A stretch of DNA of 63,069 nucleotides, counting the filler, from Stramenopiles sp. TOSAG23-3 (Eukaryota), in assembly GCA_900128585.1 (NCBI GenBank). It is 8 parts of 8 records of this genome, joined end to end, with 100 filler letters (N's around TTAATTAATTAA, not from the genome) between each part and the next. Parts side by side here need not be neighbours in the genome. Positions count along the whole stretch, not along the records: positions 7,936 to 15,762 come from LT643097.1; positions 15,863 to 23,661 come from LT643098.1; 6 more parts are not named here. The stretch is one strand, 5' to 3'. The translations under genes were made by a program, and so were the position numbers. Numbering within the stretch: the first letter of the stretch is position 1; each line of letters opens with the position of its first letter. Of this stretch, positions 9,757 through 20,019 are shown piece after piece. The notes under the pieces are model-generated. The model worked only from the letters and a program-made list of their open reading frames with translations, was not told where the DNA came from and ran no database searches.

Positions 9757-11394
9757 ATGGAATCCATTGTAGTTCGTTCGTTGCCGCCAAATGTGGTCCT
9801 GTCGCACGCGCACCTGGGCGCACTGTTCGGACAACGACCGGTGCCACAGGTCAGGGGATCGGGTATCCCTCACGCTTCCGCGACGAAAAGCGTCAAAGTA
9901 GTAAACGTTGCCTCTGGTAAATCAATTTCAGTTGGTGTTTTTGGACCGAGCAGTAGCGGCACGACGACGAGAGTACAGTTATCAGGGACCGCGCTGCGCC
10001 GTATTGGTCTGGAGGCACCCACTCGGCTTTCTCGGTCTCTGAAGGGCTCGGGCTCGTGCAAGTTGGTTGGCCCGTTGGGGGAAGTTGTTTTGTCGGAAGG
10101 GGTGATCCGACCGTGGCGATCTGCTTCCATGTCAACTAAATTAGCCAGCAAGTTCGGGCTGAAGCATAACGACAACGTGGCATTGAAAGTCACGTGCCCC
10201 CGGAATAGTGTGACTTTCTGCACTGTTAAAGCGCAGGTGGAGGATCAGCATGCGGGGGAGGTGGTCACGTGCGTGCTGGACAGTGACGAAGCCGGGGCAT
10301 GCTTGCTCGCGGACGCAACGCAGTTCGACTTATACGCAATGCAAGGCAAGATTGATAAAAGTTTTACATTCGTCCACCTATGCACTACCTCTGCAATCGG
10401 TAAAGTCAACCCCGCCAGGGTAGACACGTGGGCAAGGGAAGTAATGTCCCGTGAATTCAAACAAAACTACCCTTCCTCCTCCCCGGTTGTTGATGTTACC
10501 GACGTTTCAACAACAGGCGGGAACAAAGAAAGTTCAGTATCGTTCAGCGACGAGAAAGAATTTAAGTTAAACGTTGATGTGTCAAACAGGCACGTCCATG
10601 TCAGCCCAGAGGCCCTCGAAAAGCTGTACGGAAAAAATTACTCGTTGGAACCGTACAAACCAATTGCCTACTTGCCTGAGTGGCTGGCGAAACTTGCGGC
10701 GTTCAGCGCCAAGGAAACGGTTACAATTAAAAACACAGAGACGAATAATGAGATCAGGAACGTTCGAATTTTGGGGCCTCCCCGGGCACGGTCTCAGATA
10801 GAGTTAGCGTTCACGGACTGTCAAATTTTAGGAATAGAGGCACCGACGCGAATCTCCGGGGACAATGTAAATTCGTCCCCAATAGTACTGATCGCAGAGG
10901 ACCTCTCATCAGGGAAGCCGACGACGAGGCGGTTGAATCTTGGCACGGGCGCCCTGCGTGCATGGAGGCATATTCACGCGGACGAGGACGAGGCGGACCG
11001 TCTGGGGTTCCAAGCAGGAGACGTCCTGACCTTGGCCGTCAAATCAAAGGGCAGCACCACACTTTTTCATGACGTTTTGGCACGGGTTGGCGGTGATGGC
11101 GACGGGGTGGAAAAACCTGGATTCTCCTTGTGGAAGTTGGCCAAGCCGTACCTGATGGCTGCCGCGGGCGTATACTTGAAGTGGGTGGGACGCCCTGGTT
11201 TAATAATACATTTGGACACCGACGAAGGCAACGCGTGTTTCCTCTCTGATGCCGAATATTTCACATTGTACAAGCAATTAAACGATGGGAAGGGAGGGCT
11301 AAAATTTCTCGGTTCAACAAAGAACATGGCAAAAATGCCAGATAGGAGACAGAAAATGTGGCAAGAAGAAGTGAAGTACCGTGCAAATCTTTAA
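9757..11394 (+). CDS. pduL: Tandem PduL-type phosphate acyltransferase (PTAC): degenerate N-terminal copy plus intact C-terminal copy
   Basis: C copy has VSNRHVH, KETVTI, VRILGPPR..SQIE...TD...LGIEAPTRISGD, RHIH and HLDTDEGNA. N copy aligns through GLEAPTRLS, LVGPLGEVVLSEGVI and LDSDEAGA. Confidence 0.9.
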   Translation: MESIVVRSLPPNVVLSHAHLGALFGQRPVPQVRGSGIPHASATKSVKVVNVASGKSISVGVFGPSSSGTTTRVQLSGTALRRIGLEAPTRLSRSLKGSGSCKLVGPLGEVVLSEGVIRPWRSASMSTKLASKFGLKHNDNVALKVTCPRNSVTFCTVKAQVEDQHAGEVVTCVLDSDEAGACLLADATQFDLYAMQGKIDKSFTFVHLCTTSAIGKVNPARVDTWAREVMSREFKQNYPSSSPVVDVTDVSTTGGNKESSVSFSDEKEFKLNVDVSNRHVHVSPEALEKLYGKNYSLEPYKPIAYLPEWLAKLAAFSAKETVTIKNTETNNEIRNVRILGPPRARSQIELAFTDCQILGIEAPTRISGDNVNSSPIVLIAEDLSSGKPTTRRLNLGTGALRAWRHIHADEDEADRLGFQAGDVLTLAVKSKGSTTLFHDVLARVGGDGDGVEKPGFSLWKLAKPYLMAAAGVYLKWVGRPGLIIHLDTDEGNACFLSDAEYFTLYKQLNDGKGGLKFLGSTKNMAKMPDRRQKMWQEEVKYRANL

Positions 11395-11823
11395 GAGAGA
11401 TGATAATATTGAATCCTTGTCAAAATTATGATAATTATATTTGGAGGTGTCTGCTGCTGAATGAAGTAAACTAAATACTATATTACAATATTAGAATACA
11501 TTTTTTAAATAGGGCGTCGAGTTCTACTATTTGTCTGTTATGGACGTCTCATAGTTTATATAAACACAGTATTGGGTAAAAATAAGCTTATCACCAGGTA
11601 TAATAATAAGGACACAACACCACCACTACACCTTGGTACAAGAATTCCTCCTCGTATTTATTGAACCTTTAAACGACGATCCGACTGTTCTGCTCTTACT
11701 CGCGCACTTTAGGTTGAAATCCATTGACGAAACAAAATTTTATGGGGTTTATAACGTGCCTTTTTTCTTAAATAGAAGAACGGTATCTTTAACAGGAAGT
11801 GGAAGGTTTCAGTTTTGAAATAG

Positions 11824-13722
11824 ATGGAGAACATCGCTGACACCACCAGATTAGAGAAGGGGGGGGGCGTGGAGGACGTGCTTCAATGGGTCGACGACCT
11901 ATCCAGGGAACGCCATAAGAAATATTTACTTTTAGAGTCTAATTATTTATCGTTTGTAGATGAGCTGCAAGATCTTTTGGACCCTTCGAGTGGCTTAATT
12001 CGTGTAAGACCAGACGCGACAAATACTATGGGCGGAATTGTCCCGGCTTCACCGGTGTACCAAGAGTTAGACCTTCGGGGCAGTGCTGAAACTAAAACGC
12101 GGGGAAAGGCTTCTGTTGTCTCCAACCAGGAGCTGTACTCTCGATCTTCGAATGGGATTTCATTCTCCGTAGCCATCTCGGGGAAACAAATAAACGCGAT
12201 CAATAAGGTTTTTGAGATCGTGCTTGAAAAGTCCAGTGTTAGAGCGGAGATTTCAAGCATTGTTACGGTGTTGAAGCGGACTGCACAATACAACGACACA
12301 AGGCGCGAAGTCATTTTCTTTACGGCCAACGACGGCTCCGTTATAGAGACGAACTTAGAAAGAGTTATAGACAACATATCAAGGAACTGTAAAGGGTTGT
12401 GTACTAGTAAACAGTTTTTGGGGTTTTTCTCGACAGATGCAAACATTCGACGAGTGTCTCTCGAAAATTTGTCATATGCATTAGACAGGAAAAGGGTCAA
12501 ATTCGACCCGTTGACCAGCAAGCCCATCCGAAAACACAGCAAGCCTTCACACCATACTGTGAGTGTCAATTATTCAGCGTTGACCTCTCAAGAAAAAAAT
12601 ATATTCTTCAACCTAGCGGCCCCGCGCACCAAATATATGGAGCTGTTGAACGAAGGCAACGCCTACAGCAAAAATTACGCTGGAAAGCCCTTTATGGGCT
12701 TTGGGGAAGGGAAAGCCACGGCAGAAGATGACGATTTTAGGGATATGCTGCAAAATTCGAGCATTTTTTCGAAGAAACGGGGTAGGCGTAAGCCGACGAG
12801 AAATGTTGCATTCGGACGGACAAATCCTAGTATTCGGTTGCAGAGTAAATCTGTGAATACATCGCCATATCCCTCGGAAGAGGAGAACGGGGTATCTGCG
12901 CTGAACCCTAGAAATGCTGTCGACGTGTCCCACGTGTCAAAACCAAGGCCCAGGTGGAAACAAACCTTATACGATGAAATACCGTCGGATGATGAGGATA
13001 TGCTTGATTTCAATCTGTCGTCTTCGGACGAAGAAAGCAGCAGTGACGAGGAACTCATAGAAAACTTGTCGGATATAAGTGATGTCGAATTAGATGGTAT
13101 AAACGACTTTGGTCAGCTAAGCAAGGGGAGTTTAAAGCAGATGCGGAAGAAAAACTCCAAACTTTCTCCCCAAAAAAAGCGGGAGGAACTGCAGCGCAGG
13201 CACCGAAGAATGAAGCAGCAAGAACGAAAAGCAATGTTGTTCAAGGCTCCGGAAGTTGTGGAGGAGAAGAGGGAGAAAATAGAAGAATGCACACAGAAGT
13301 TTGACAACAAGTACAATGATTCCTCTGGAAGCTTTATGTACAAGCAGTGCGGGCTTGTAAAAGATGGGAATGGAAATATGGCAATAGTCTCCATCTATGA
13401 CGGATCTACACGGTACTACATGAACCAGTGGAAAGTTGCCAAAGCGACAGAGAACGGCCGGGGTTTCTATGCCTACCAGACCAAAGATGAAGCGCTGCAT
13501 GCCGTGTTTCCCGAGAGATCGAGGGCGTTGAGTGCACCGCGCGTCTTGATGAAAGTTTTTGTCCCCTTTGAAGACAGGAAGCGTGTTCAGAATGACGTCT
13601 TTCTGTGCACAAAGATGAAACCTGTCCAATGCTGGGATACTGTCCCAAACGAGGAGAGCAAGGGGTGGAAAATAATTGAGTGGGACTTTGGGGGGATTTG
13701 GCAGTGTACTTTGCACAAGTAA
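11824..13722 (+). CDS. Hypothetical protein with acidic tract, coiled coil and conserved-looking C-terminal globular domain
   Basis: 632-aa ORF flanked by AT-rich DNA. C-terminal SIYDGSTRY...GFYAY...APRVLMKV. Confidence 0.75.
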   Translation: MENIADTTRLEKGGGVEDVLQWVDDLSRERHKKYLLLESNYLSFVDELQDLLDPSSGLIRVRPDATNTMGGIVPASPVYQELDLRGSAETKTRGKASVVSNQELYSRSSNGISFSVAISGKQINAINKVFEIVLEKSSVRAEISSIVTVLKRTAQYNDTRREVIFFTANDGSVIETNLERVIDNISRNCKGLCTSKQFLGFFSTDANIRRVSLENLSYALDRKRVKFDPLTSKPIRKHSKPSHHTVSVNYSALTSQEKNIFFNLAAPRTKYMELLNEGNAYSKNYAGKPFMGFGEGKATAEDDDFRDMLQNSSIFSKKRGRRKPTRNVAFGRTNPSIRLQSKSVNTSPYPSEEENGVSALNPRNAVDVSHVSKPRPRWKQTLYDEIPSDDEDMLDFNLSSSDEESSSDEELIENLSDISDVELDGINDFGQLSKGSLKQMRKKNSKLSPQKKREELQRRHRRMKQQERKAMLFKAPEVVEEKREKIEECTQKFDNKYNDSSGSFMYKQCGLVKDGNGNMAIVSIYDGSTRYYMNQWKVAKATENGRGFYAYQTKDEALHAVFPERSRALSAPRVLMKVFVPFEDRKRVQNDVFLCTKMKPVQCWDTVPNEESKGWKIIEWDFGGIWQCTLHK

Positions 13723-14003
13723 AAAATACAAAATATATTTTTTTTTAAACAAATTATTTAGTATGATAGTATGCTTTAAGACTCTCATTTATTTTAAATC
13801 AATTATTATTTCAGTTCCAACCCTAATCCTATCTTGATGGTTTAATAACTTGATTTTTTATTTAATTTTTTAATTTCGTTTCATCGTTGATGATTGTCAA
13901 CCAAATATTTTGTATATACTTAGTATATTTGTACGAATTTACGATCGTAAGTTCAAAAAAAAACTAACGATCGTAAGTTCATATTCTTAAGAAAATACTT
14001 TAA

Positions 14004-15047
14004 TTATGGCTTCCTCTTTCTATGCTTCTTCTTCGGTTTCGATCCTACTAATTGTTCTGTCATTTCCTGAGTCATAATCAGCGGCGCCGACCCGTCCGAG
14101 GGCTCTAAAACTCCAGTGACCTGCCCGTTCTCATGCTTGATGACCTTTGTCGAAAATTCTAAAGGGGCTCCCTCGACGCTCTGCGCCAAGCTTAGGCCGT
14201 TTTTGTTCATCGGGCAGTCGATCAACCTAAACCCGCTGATTTGTAAGTGCCCGGACGGCACCATAGGGTTGATGACTGGGCCACGGTTTTCACAGTCGAT
14301 GACGGCCTCTTTGTCGACCGCCGAGAGTAACTCGACGTGTTTCCCTTGAAAGTCTAAGAAAAAATTGCCGGGGCCGTTGTACCACCCTGGGTGAACGTAC
14401 ACCCTGGCACGCTCGGACGCCCGGTTCAAGCCATGCTGGATGCTCCCACACGGACGGTCAGTCTTTCCGCAGTTTTCGCTAAAGCTTCCGAATTTGTTGA
14501 CATGAACGGTGGATAACAGAGGGCGCTGCTTTTTGGGCAGCTTCCTCGTTTTCTCGCTGGGGAGAAGAGGCCCCCTGTCGTTAATTTGCCTGCGGGGGCT
14601 CTTGTTATCGATAGGCCCTGGAGCTGACCATTGGGAGGTTCCTCGCTTCACGTCCGTGTAGTAAAAGTCTCGAAACTCTTCCGAGTACGTGCGTTTCCAT
14701 CCGCTTGGGATATTGTTCTCAGAATCTGCTAAGGAATTTGTACAGGAGGGCGGAAATGACCAAGTCGTAGTCTGGCTCTCTTTGTGATAGAAGTATGCAC
14801 GCTTTTCTATATCTGAATAGTACTGCTCCCACCCGGTACACCCCACTATGTCTTCCTCGCTTTTGGCCTCTTCCTCATCGTCACCATCGTCCATTTCCTC
14901 CCACGCATCTATATCCTCCTCACTAAGTTCATCTTTCCCAACGTTCGGGTCAACTTGGTCGGAACCTTCCTCGCCTTGCGAGGCGGACACAACAAACACG
15001 GACAGCAGCAGTAGCAATACCACCACCACCACACTAGTACTCTTCAT
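14004..15047 (-). CDS. Signal-peptide protein with two WW domains and a DUF1565/beta-helix-cap-like segment
   Basis: MKSTSVVVVVLLLLLSVFVVSA; GWEQYY..RAYFYH..TTTWSFP; PSGWKRTY..FYYTD..TSQWSAP; CGKTDRPCGSIQHGL...VHPGWYNG. Confidence 0.82.
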   Translation of the reverse strand: MKSTSVVVVVLLLLLSVFVVSASQGEEGSDQVDPNVGKDELSEEDIDAWEEMDDGDDEEEAKSEEDIVGCTGWEQYYSDIEKRAYFYHKESQTTTWSFPPSCTNSLADSENNIPSGWKRTYSEEFRDFYYTDVKRGTSQWSAPGPIDNKSPRRQINDRGPLLPSEKTRKLPKKQRPLLSTVHVNKFGSFSENCGKTDRPCGSIQHGLNRASERARVYVHPGWYNGPGNFFLDFQGKHVELLSAVDKEAVIDCENRGPVINPMVPSGHLQISGFRLIDCPMNKNGLSLAQSVEGAPLEFSTKVIKHENGQVTGVLEPSDGSAPLIMTQEMTEQLVGSKPKKKHRKRKP

Positions 15048-15683
15048 GGGAAACCAGACAAACGATAATAAAGAAAATATAGAACGATTGTTTTGTTTTT
15101 GTTTAGTTTGTACGTAATTCTTTTCTGTTTCCATGTGTTGTTGCCTAGACTAAATTGATCTTTAACATAAATATATAAAAAACCATATATAAAACAACTA
15201 CTTTTCTCTGGTGTTTTAATTATTATATTTATTGTATGTATTTTTTTTATTATTTTTATATAATAATAGTAGCTAATATAATAATAAAATAAAATTAATA
15301 CAACAGTAGTAATTCTTTAAAATAAAAAAAATAATTATTATTATAGATACCTTTGGTACTACTGTACTGTAATAGTCGTCTGTGTAATATTTTTTATATT
15401 AATTATTTTTAATTTATTACAACCAACAGTTCCTTACTGTGAGTATGGTATTGAATACGATGGGTACCTGTATTTACCTGGTTTTATACCTACCTACCTC
15501 TGATTACATCAAAGACACATAATTGAGTAGGAGGTACAGGTACCGGTAGGTACTAATTTAACTCTTCTTGTGAATGGACTGAGAAGAAATCTATTCTACT
15601 ACCAATACGAGTAGACGACTAATAAAATGATACATCGTACCTACCATAGAATAACCATTATAATAATTTTAAAATTGTGAGGC

Positions 15684-15762
15684 GAAGAGAAGAGAAGAGA
15701 AGAAAAGAGAAGAGAAGAGAAGAGAAGAGAAGAGAAGAGAAGAGAAGAGAAGAGAAGAAAAG
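15684..15762. repeat. (AGAAG)n microsatellite at contig end
   Basis: Direct reading. Confidence 0.95.
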
Positions 15763-15862
15763 NNNNNNNNNNNNNNNNNNNNNNNNNNNNNNNNNNNNNN
15801 NNNNNNTTAATTAATTAANNNNNNNNNNNNNNNNNNNNNNNNNNNNNNNNNNNNNNNNNNNN
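15763..15862. other. Artificial contig linker
   Basis: N44-TTAATTAATTAA-N44. Confidence 0.99.
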
Positions 15863-17668
15863 CAAGACCCCAAAGATAGGAACTACGGGAAACCAGGTTA
15901 TTGAGCCTGCTGCTGCCATATGCACGGTAACGACCAGGGCCGTTGGGGCACCAAAGGTAAAAATAAATCCAATGACAGGCATCCAACAGTTGGCAGACAA
16001 GAAGCATTCATCGCCATCCTCCTCCCACTCACTAAGCCTGTCTTTTATAAACGCAAACAAGAAGAGAATTAGCATTAGAATGGCACCGGAACCAACCACA
16101 AAAACTGGGATCAACGTCAGCCAAAGAGTGAACGTTTTAAACTGGCCCAATTTATCTACTGCGAACGCAATGAACATATATTGCAACAGCACAAACAGCG
16201 AAGGGAAGAACAGCTCCCATGCCTTGTGATAAATAGAAAGCACAAGGAGCACGGTAGAAATCGCCATGGCCGGGAAAAACCACGGAGTTGCCATGCAATC
16301 GCCTGGTGCTGTAACAACGCAACTCAAGTAGTTATGCAGCAGACCATAAAAACCCAGAAGTTGGCTAAGGGGGAAAACATATGCCATAGTAGCAAATGCC
16401 AGGGTTTCAGACACTTGAAGGTCCCGACTATACAGCCAACGTGAACTGCAACAGAAGAATTCAACAAAGTCTTTGAGGCTAACGGGGTGGTCCAATCGAG
16501 AGCCGCACACACGACCTGTGCAGGCTCCCATCAGCGGAAGGCCGCAAGTGGTGAGCATGCAAAAGGCCGCGCTAACCCACAAAACCAGAAGCAATAACGT
16601 CGATGCAACGCCTTGCTCCGCGGCCGAAAACGACCCAGCACGATCCAATGCTGTTGCGTTTGAAGATACATTCTTCCCAGTTGTCGCCGGCTTTATTTTT
16701 TCTAAATGTTCAGCCGAAAAGTTCGGGTTATCCAAAGCTTTCGCGCCGTAAAATAGCAAAATGCACACAAGAATAAACATGACAAAACCGTAGCATTGAT
16801 TAATCGCGTACCTCCAGCCCACGATTTCGCTATCGGTCGTTGGCCAATGCCTTAGATACTTCCTAACGCGAGACTCAGCCTGTCTCTTCTGTACTTGTTT
16901 CCTGTCGTAGATTCCTTTGCAATGATTCAAGTAGCCATCAACAGAAGTGTACGCGTCCCTCGGACGCAAGTATGGGGTCGTCAACGCATGTCTATAGAAT
17001 TCAATCACAGACGGGGGGGCACTGGTGCGCTTCGAACTTCTCATTCTGGATAAGCCAGGAGGAGGGGGCCCGCGCCATATATGATCTTGCCGAACGATGG
17101 ATTTGAAATGTTTCGACACCCCGCGCACGTTCAGCACCATTTCACGGTGCGTAAAATACTTGAAGATCACCTTGGTTACATTCCCACTGAAATAAAAATG
17201 CTTTCCAGAGCATGTCGAAACCGTTAGCCCGTACTCCGCACCGCTGGACAAGAACCCCGCGTACCCCATTTTGATGAGCCGTTTATCTAGCATTCTCTTC
17301 CACTCCTTTAGCGTGGACAGGACCGCGCTCTTTCTCCGTTTTCGCCCCCGTTCGCCCTTGGTGTTGTTGTTGGTCGCAATATTACCGTCCGACATCTGCC
17401 GCGAAACCTTCCCAGGCAACCCCTCTATCAGTTCGCGCTCTGTAATCTCTGGTTCGTATGTTGCGGCGGCACCATCTACGTTTCCCAATTCGGTGACCAC
17501 CCCAGATTTTGCCGAACCCATCGAAAAAGTCGGCGACGTAACCGCCCGCCGCTGCAGTGTTTGTGGAGGCGCCAACGGGTCCTCAAGGGAGAGCGTTGGA
17601 GCGTCTACCCCGGGCATGTCAATAGCCACGTCCTCGTGTCCCACCAACTGTACCTCTTCTTCTGCCAT
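15863..17668 (-). CDS. F-box-like protein with C-terminal TMEM185/TMEM203-like multi-pass region (3'-truncated)
   Basis: VTKVIFKYFTHREMVLNVRGVSKHFKSIVRQDHIWR is F-box-like. LLQYMFIAFAVD....TLWLTLIPVF and ITWFPVVPIF resemble TMEM185-type repeats. Confidence 0.7.
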
Positions 17669-18210
17669 CTTTAAAAAACCTAATTCAGTTTATCGTTGGA
17701 ATAATGTTGTGTGCTACAATAGAAACTCTCAAGAAAAGAACACTTTAGCATGAATCCTAAGCTAACGTCATTGAGGATTAAATAGAAATGTGTCAAATCT
17801 TCTAAGACGGATGGACGGACGAGGAGGAGAGGAGGAGGAATAGAAGAAGAAGAAGTAAAAAATATTCCAATGATATAATTATATAGAGTAATCATCGTAA
17901 TCTAGTATAACATTTAACTATACTATAAGATTATTGAACTTACCTATATAAAATTAGATGAAGAAAAAGATGAATGTGAGGAGAAGATGATAGAATGAAT
18001 AAATGATCCCTCGAAAAATAGTCTGTATTTAGAAGTTCTTCTTTATTTTCTAATTTCTTTGAAAAAGAAATTTAGGAGTGAACCAGATATGCATGCTAGA
18101 TTACAATTCACGTTGCCAAATGGAAATATTATGTACAGTTTAGATGAAATACAGTAAACTACGTTCCCCGCTGCGTTCATCAATGCACGACTCGGGGTGC
18201 GTTGTACATT

Positions 18211-18432
18211 TCACCGCTGGCCTAAAAAGTTTACTACTGCTAGTAACATGGCATCTTTCTCTACAGGTTCCCTACAAAGTGGGCACGATCCATTAATTTG
18301 AAACCATTTGAGGGCGCATATTGGATGAAAAGAGTGTTTGCACGTCAGCTCACACGATTTCTTCCCTATGTTGTCTAGACATATTGTACACGTGTTGTCC
18401 CCCGTTTTCAAATTCAAATGGCACCACACCAT
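18211..18432 (-). CDS. Small RING-H2 finger protein (73 aa)
   Basis: CTIC..TCKHSFHPIC..WF...SCPLCR matches C3H2C3. No in-frame ATG upstream before a stop. Confidence 0.8.
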   Translation of the reverse strand: MVWCHLNLKTGDNTCTICLDNIGKKSCELTCKHSFHPICALKWFQINGSCPLCREPVEKDAMLLAVVNFLGQR

Positions 18433-20019
18433 GGTTTTATTCTTTTCTACGATTGTTTCAACAATAATATGTTTACAGGCTAATTTATTGACTACAAACG
18501 TTGTTTTACTTCGACTGGCTTTTTATGTTTTTGTGTTCTTGAAACAGATTTGATACGCACACTGATATGTACAGAGTAAACAATTTACGAAAAGAACAAA
18601 ACAAAAGTACAAGGAAAGTTCAAGAAGTAGAGAAACTCGACATTTCAATTATTATTATTACAACAATATTATACTACTTCTTGGTGGAAGTTTACAAAGC
18701 ACAGCAGGGGAAGATGTGGAAGTGGGCGGTGTGGATGATGGGTGATGATGGATGGGTTATTCTTTTTTTTTTTTTCGAGGAGGAGGAGGAGACGACGTGT
18801 TCTTCTAGCAGCTATTTTAAACAGGTTAATAGTCTAGCATCATTCAAATTTAAAAGTAGTTATAATAGTCGTCGACTAAGAAGAAATAAGAAAATTTACC
18901 AAAAAAACTAAAAAATTTAAAAAATAAAAGGTAATAATCATAGAGTACCGTACCCGTACCTATTTTTATAGTATAGTAATAGTATTATATAGACTTCTTT
19001 TCGATTATAGTCGAAGAAGTATAGAACGTTATTCGTCGAGAACTTGTTTCGCGGAACTTTCTAAAAAGAAAAATTAAAAATGTAAATATTAAGGCTAAGG
19101 CATATAAAATTATTTGGAATTGATAGTTTATTAGACGAATAGTAACTTAGTATAATTAAAACATAGTATTCCCATGAATCAATATATATCCTTAATCAAG
19201 AAAGCAATAGTTAAGCTCTGTTGTTTGGAGGAGGGGAGGGAATTACAAGAGTTAGTTTGTTTATATATTTTTTTAAATTGTTTTCAGATTTCGCTTAGCA
19301 ACTCTTTGGTATTTATTATTATGCTAGACTATTTGCGATAATAATACTGTATTTATTTTAATTTATTATCGATGTTATTTATATGCATACCCTTTCACTT
19401 TACCTTGTTTGTATTTCATGTAGTAGCTATATCTTCGGTCTAATAATAGACTTTGGTAAATTAGGTTTTAAGTTAGGGTTTAACATTGGATTACCATTGG
19501 GTATATAAATACAGCACTATCGCAAATAGCATATAAATACCATAGAGGTAATATAATGCCTGGCTGTACTTCATAATCAGCGACAATAATAACATATTAA
19601 TTCAACTTTTGCCCCCAATGTCCTTAGCTATACGCCTCGTAGTTTATATACCAGAAGTCCTTTCACCACTACCATTCATTCATTCATTCATTCATTCTTT
19701 TCTCTCAACAAATCTCTCTCTCTATATATATAGTATAGACACTAAAATAATTAATTCGTTAAATTATATTATATAGATTATATTTTAAAATACAGCAGCA
19801 GAGGAACAGAGTATTCACTTATAATTTAAAAAAATGTATAGGCCGTTCCCATTTGTAATGTGCCTTTCGAATAGAAAAGCGCTCACAACTCAGAAACACG
19901 TATCCCCCTTCTTGCGTGTGTGTCTTCATGGAATCACGCACACTTACAAAAGCTAAACTTTACCAAACAGATTTATAAACTCTCTTTCGTGAAAACACAC
20001 TTCGCCCAAAAATTCAACA

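Noticed and set aside
19460-19482. TTAGG(G)TTT telomere-like bits (also 246-266)
   Set aside because: Only two degenerate units each, internal, and expected by chance.
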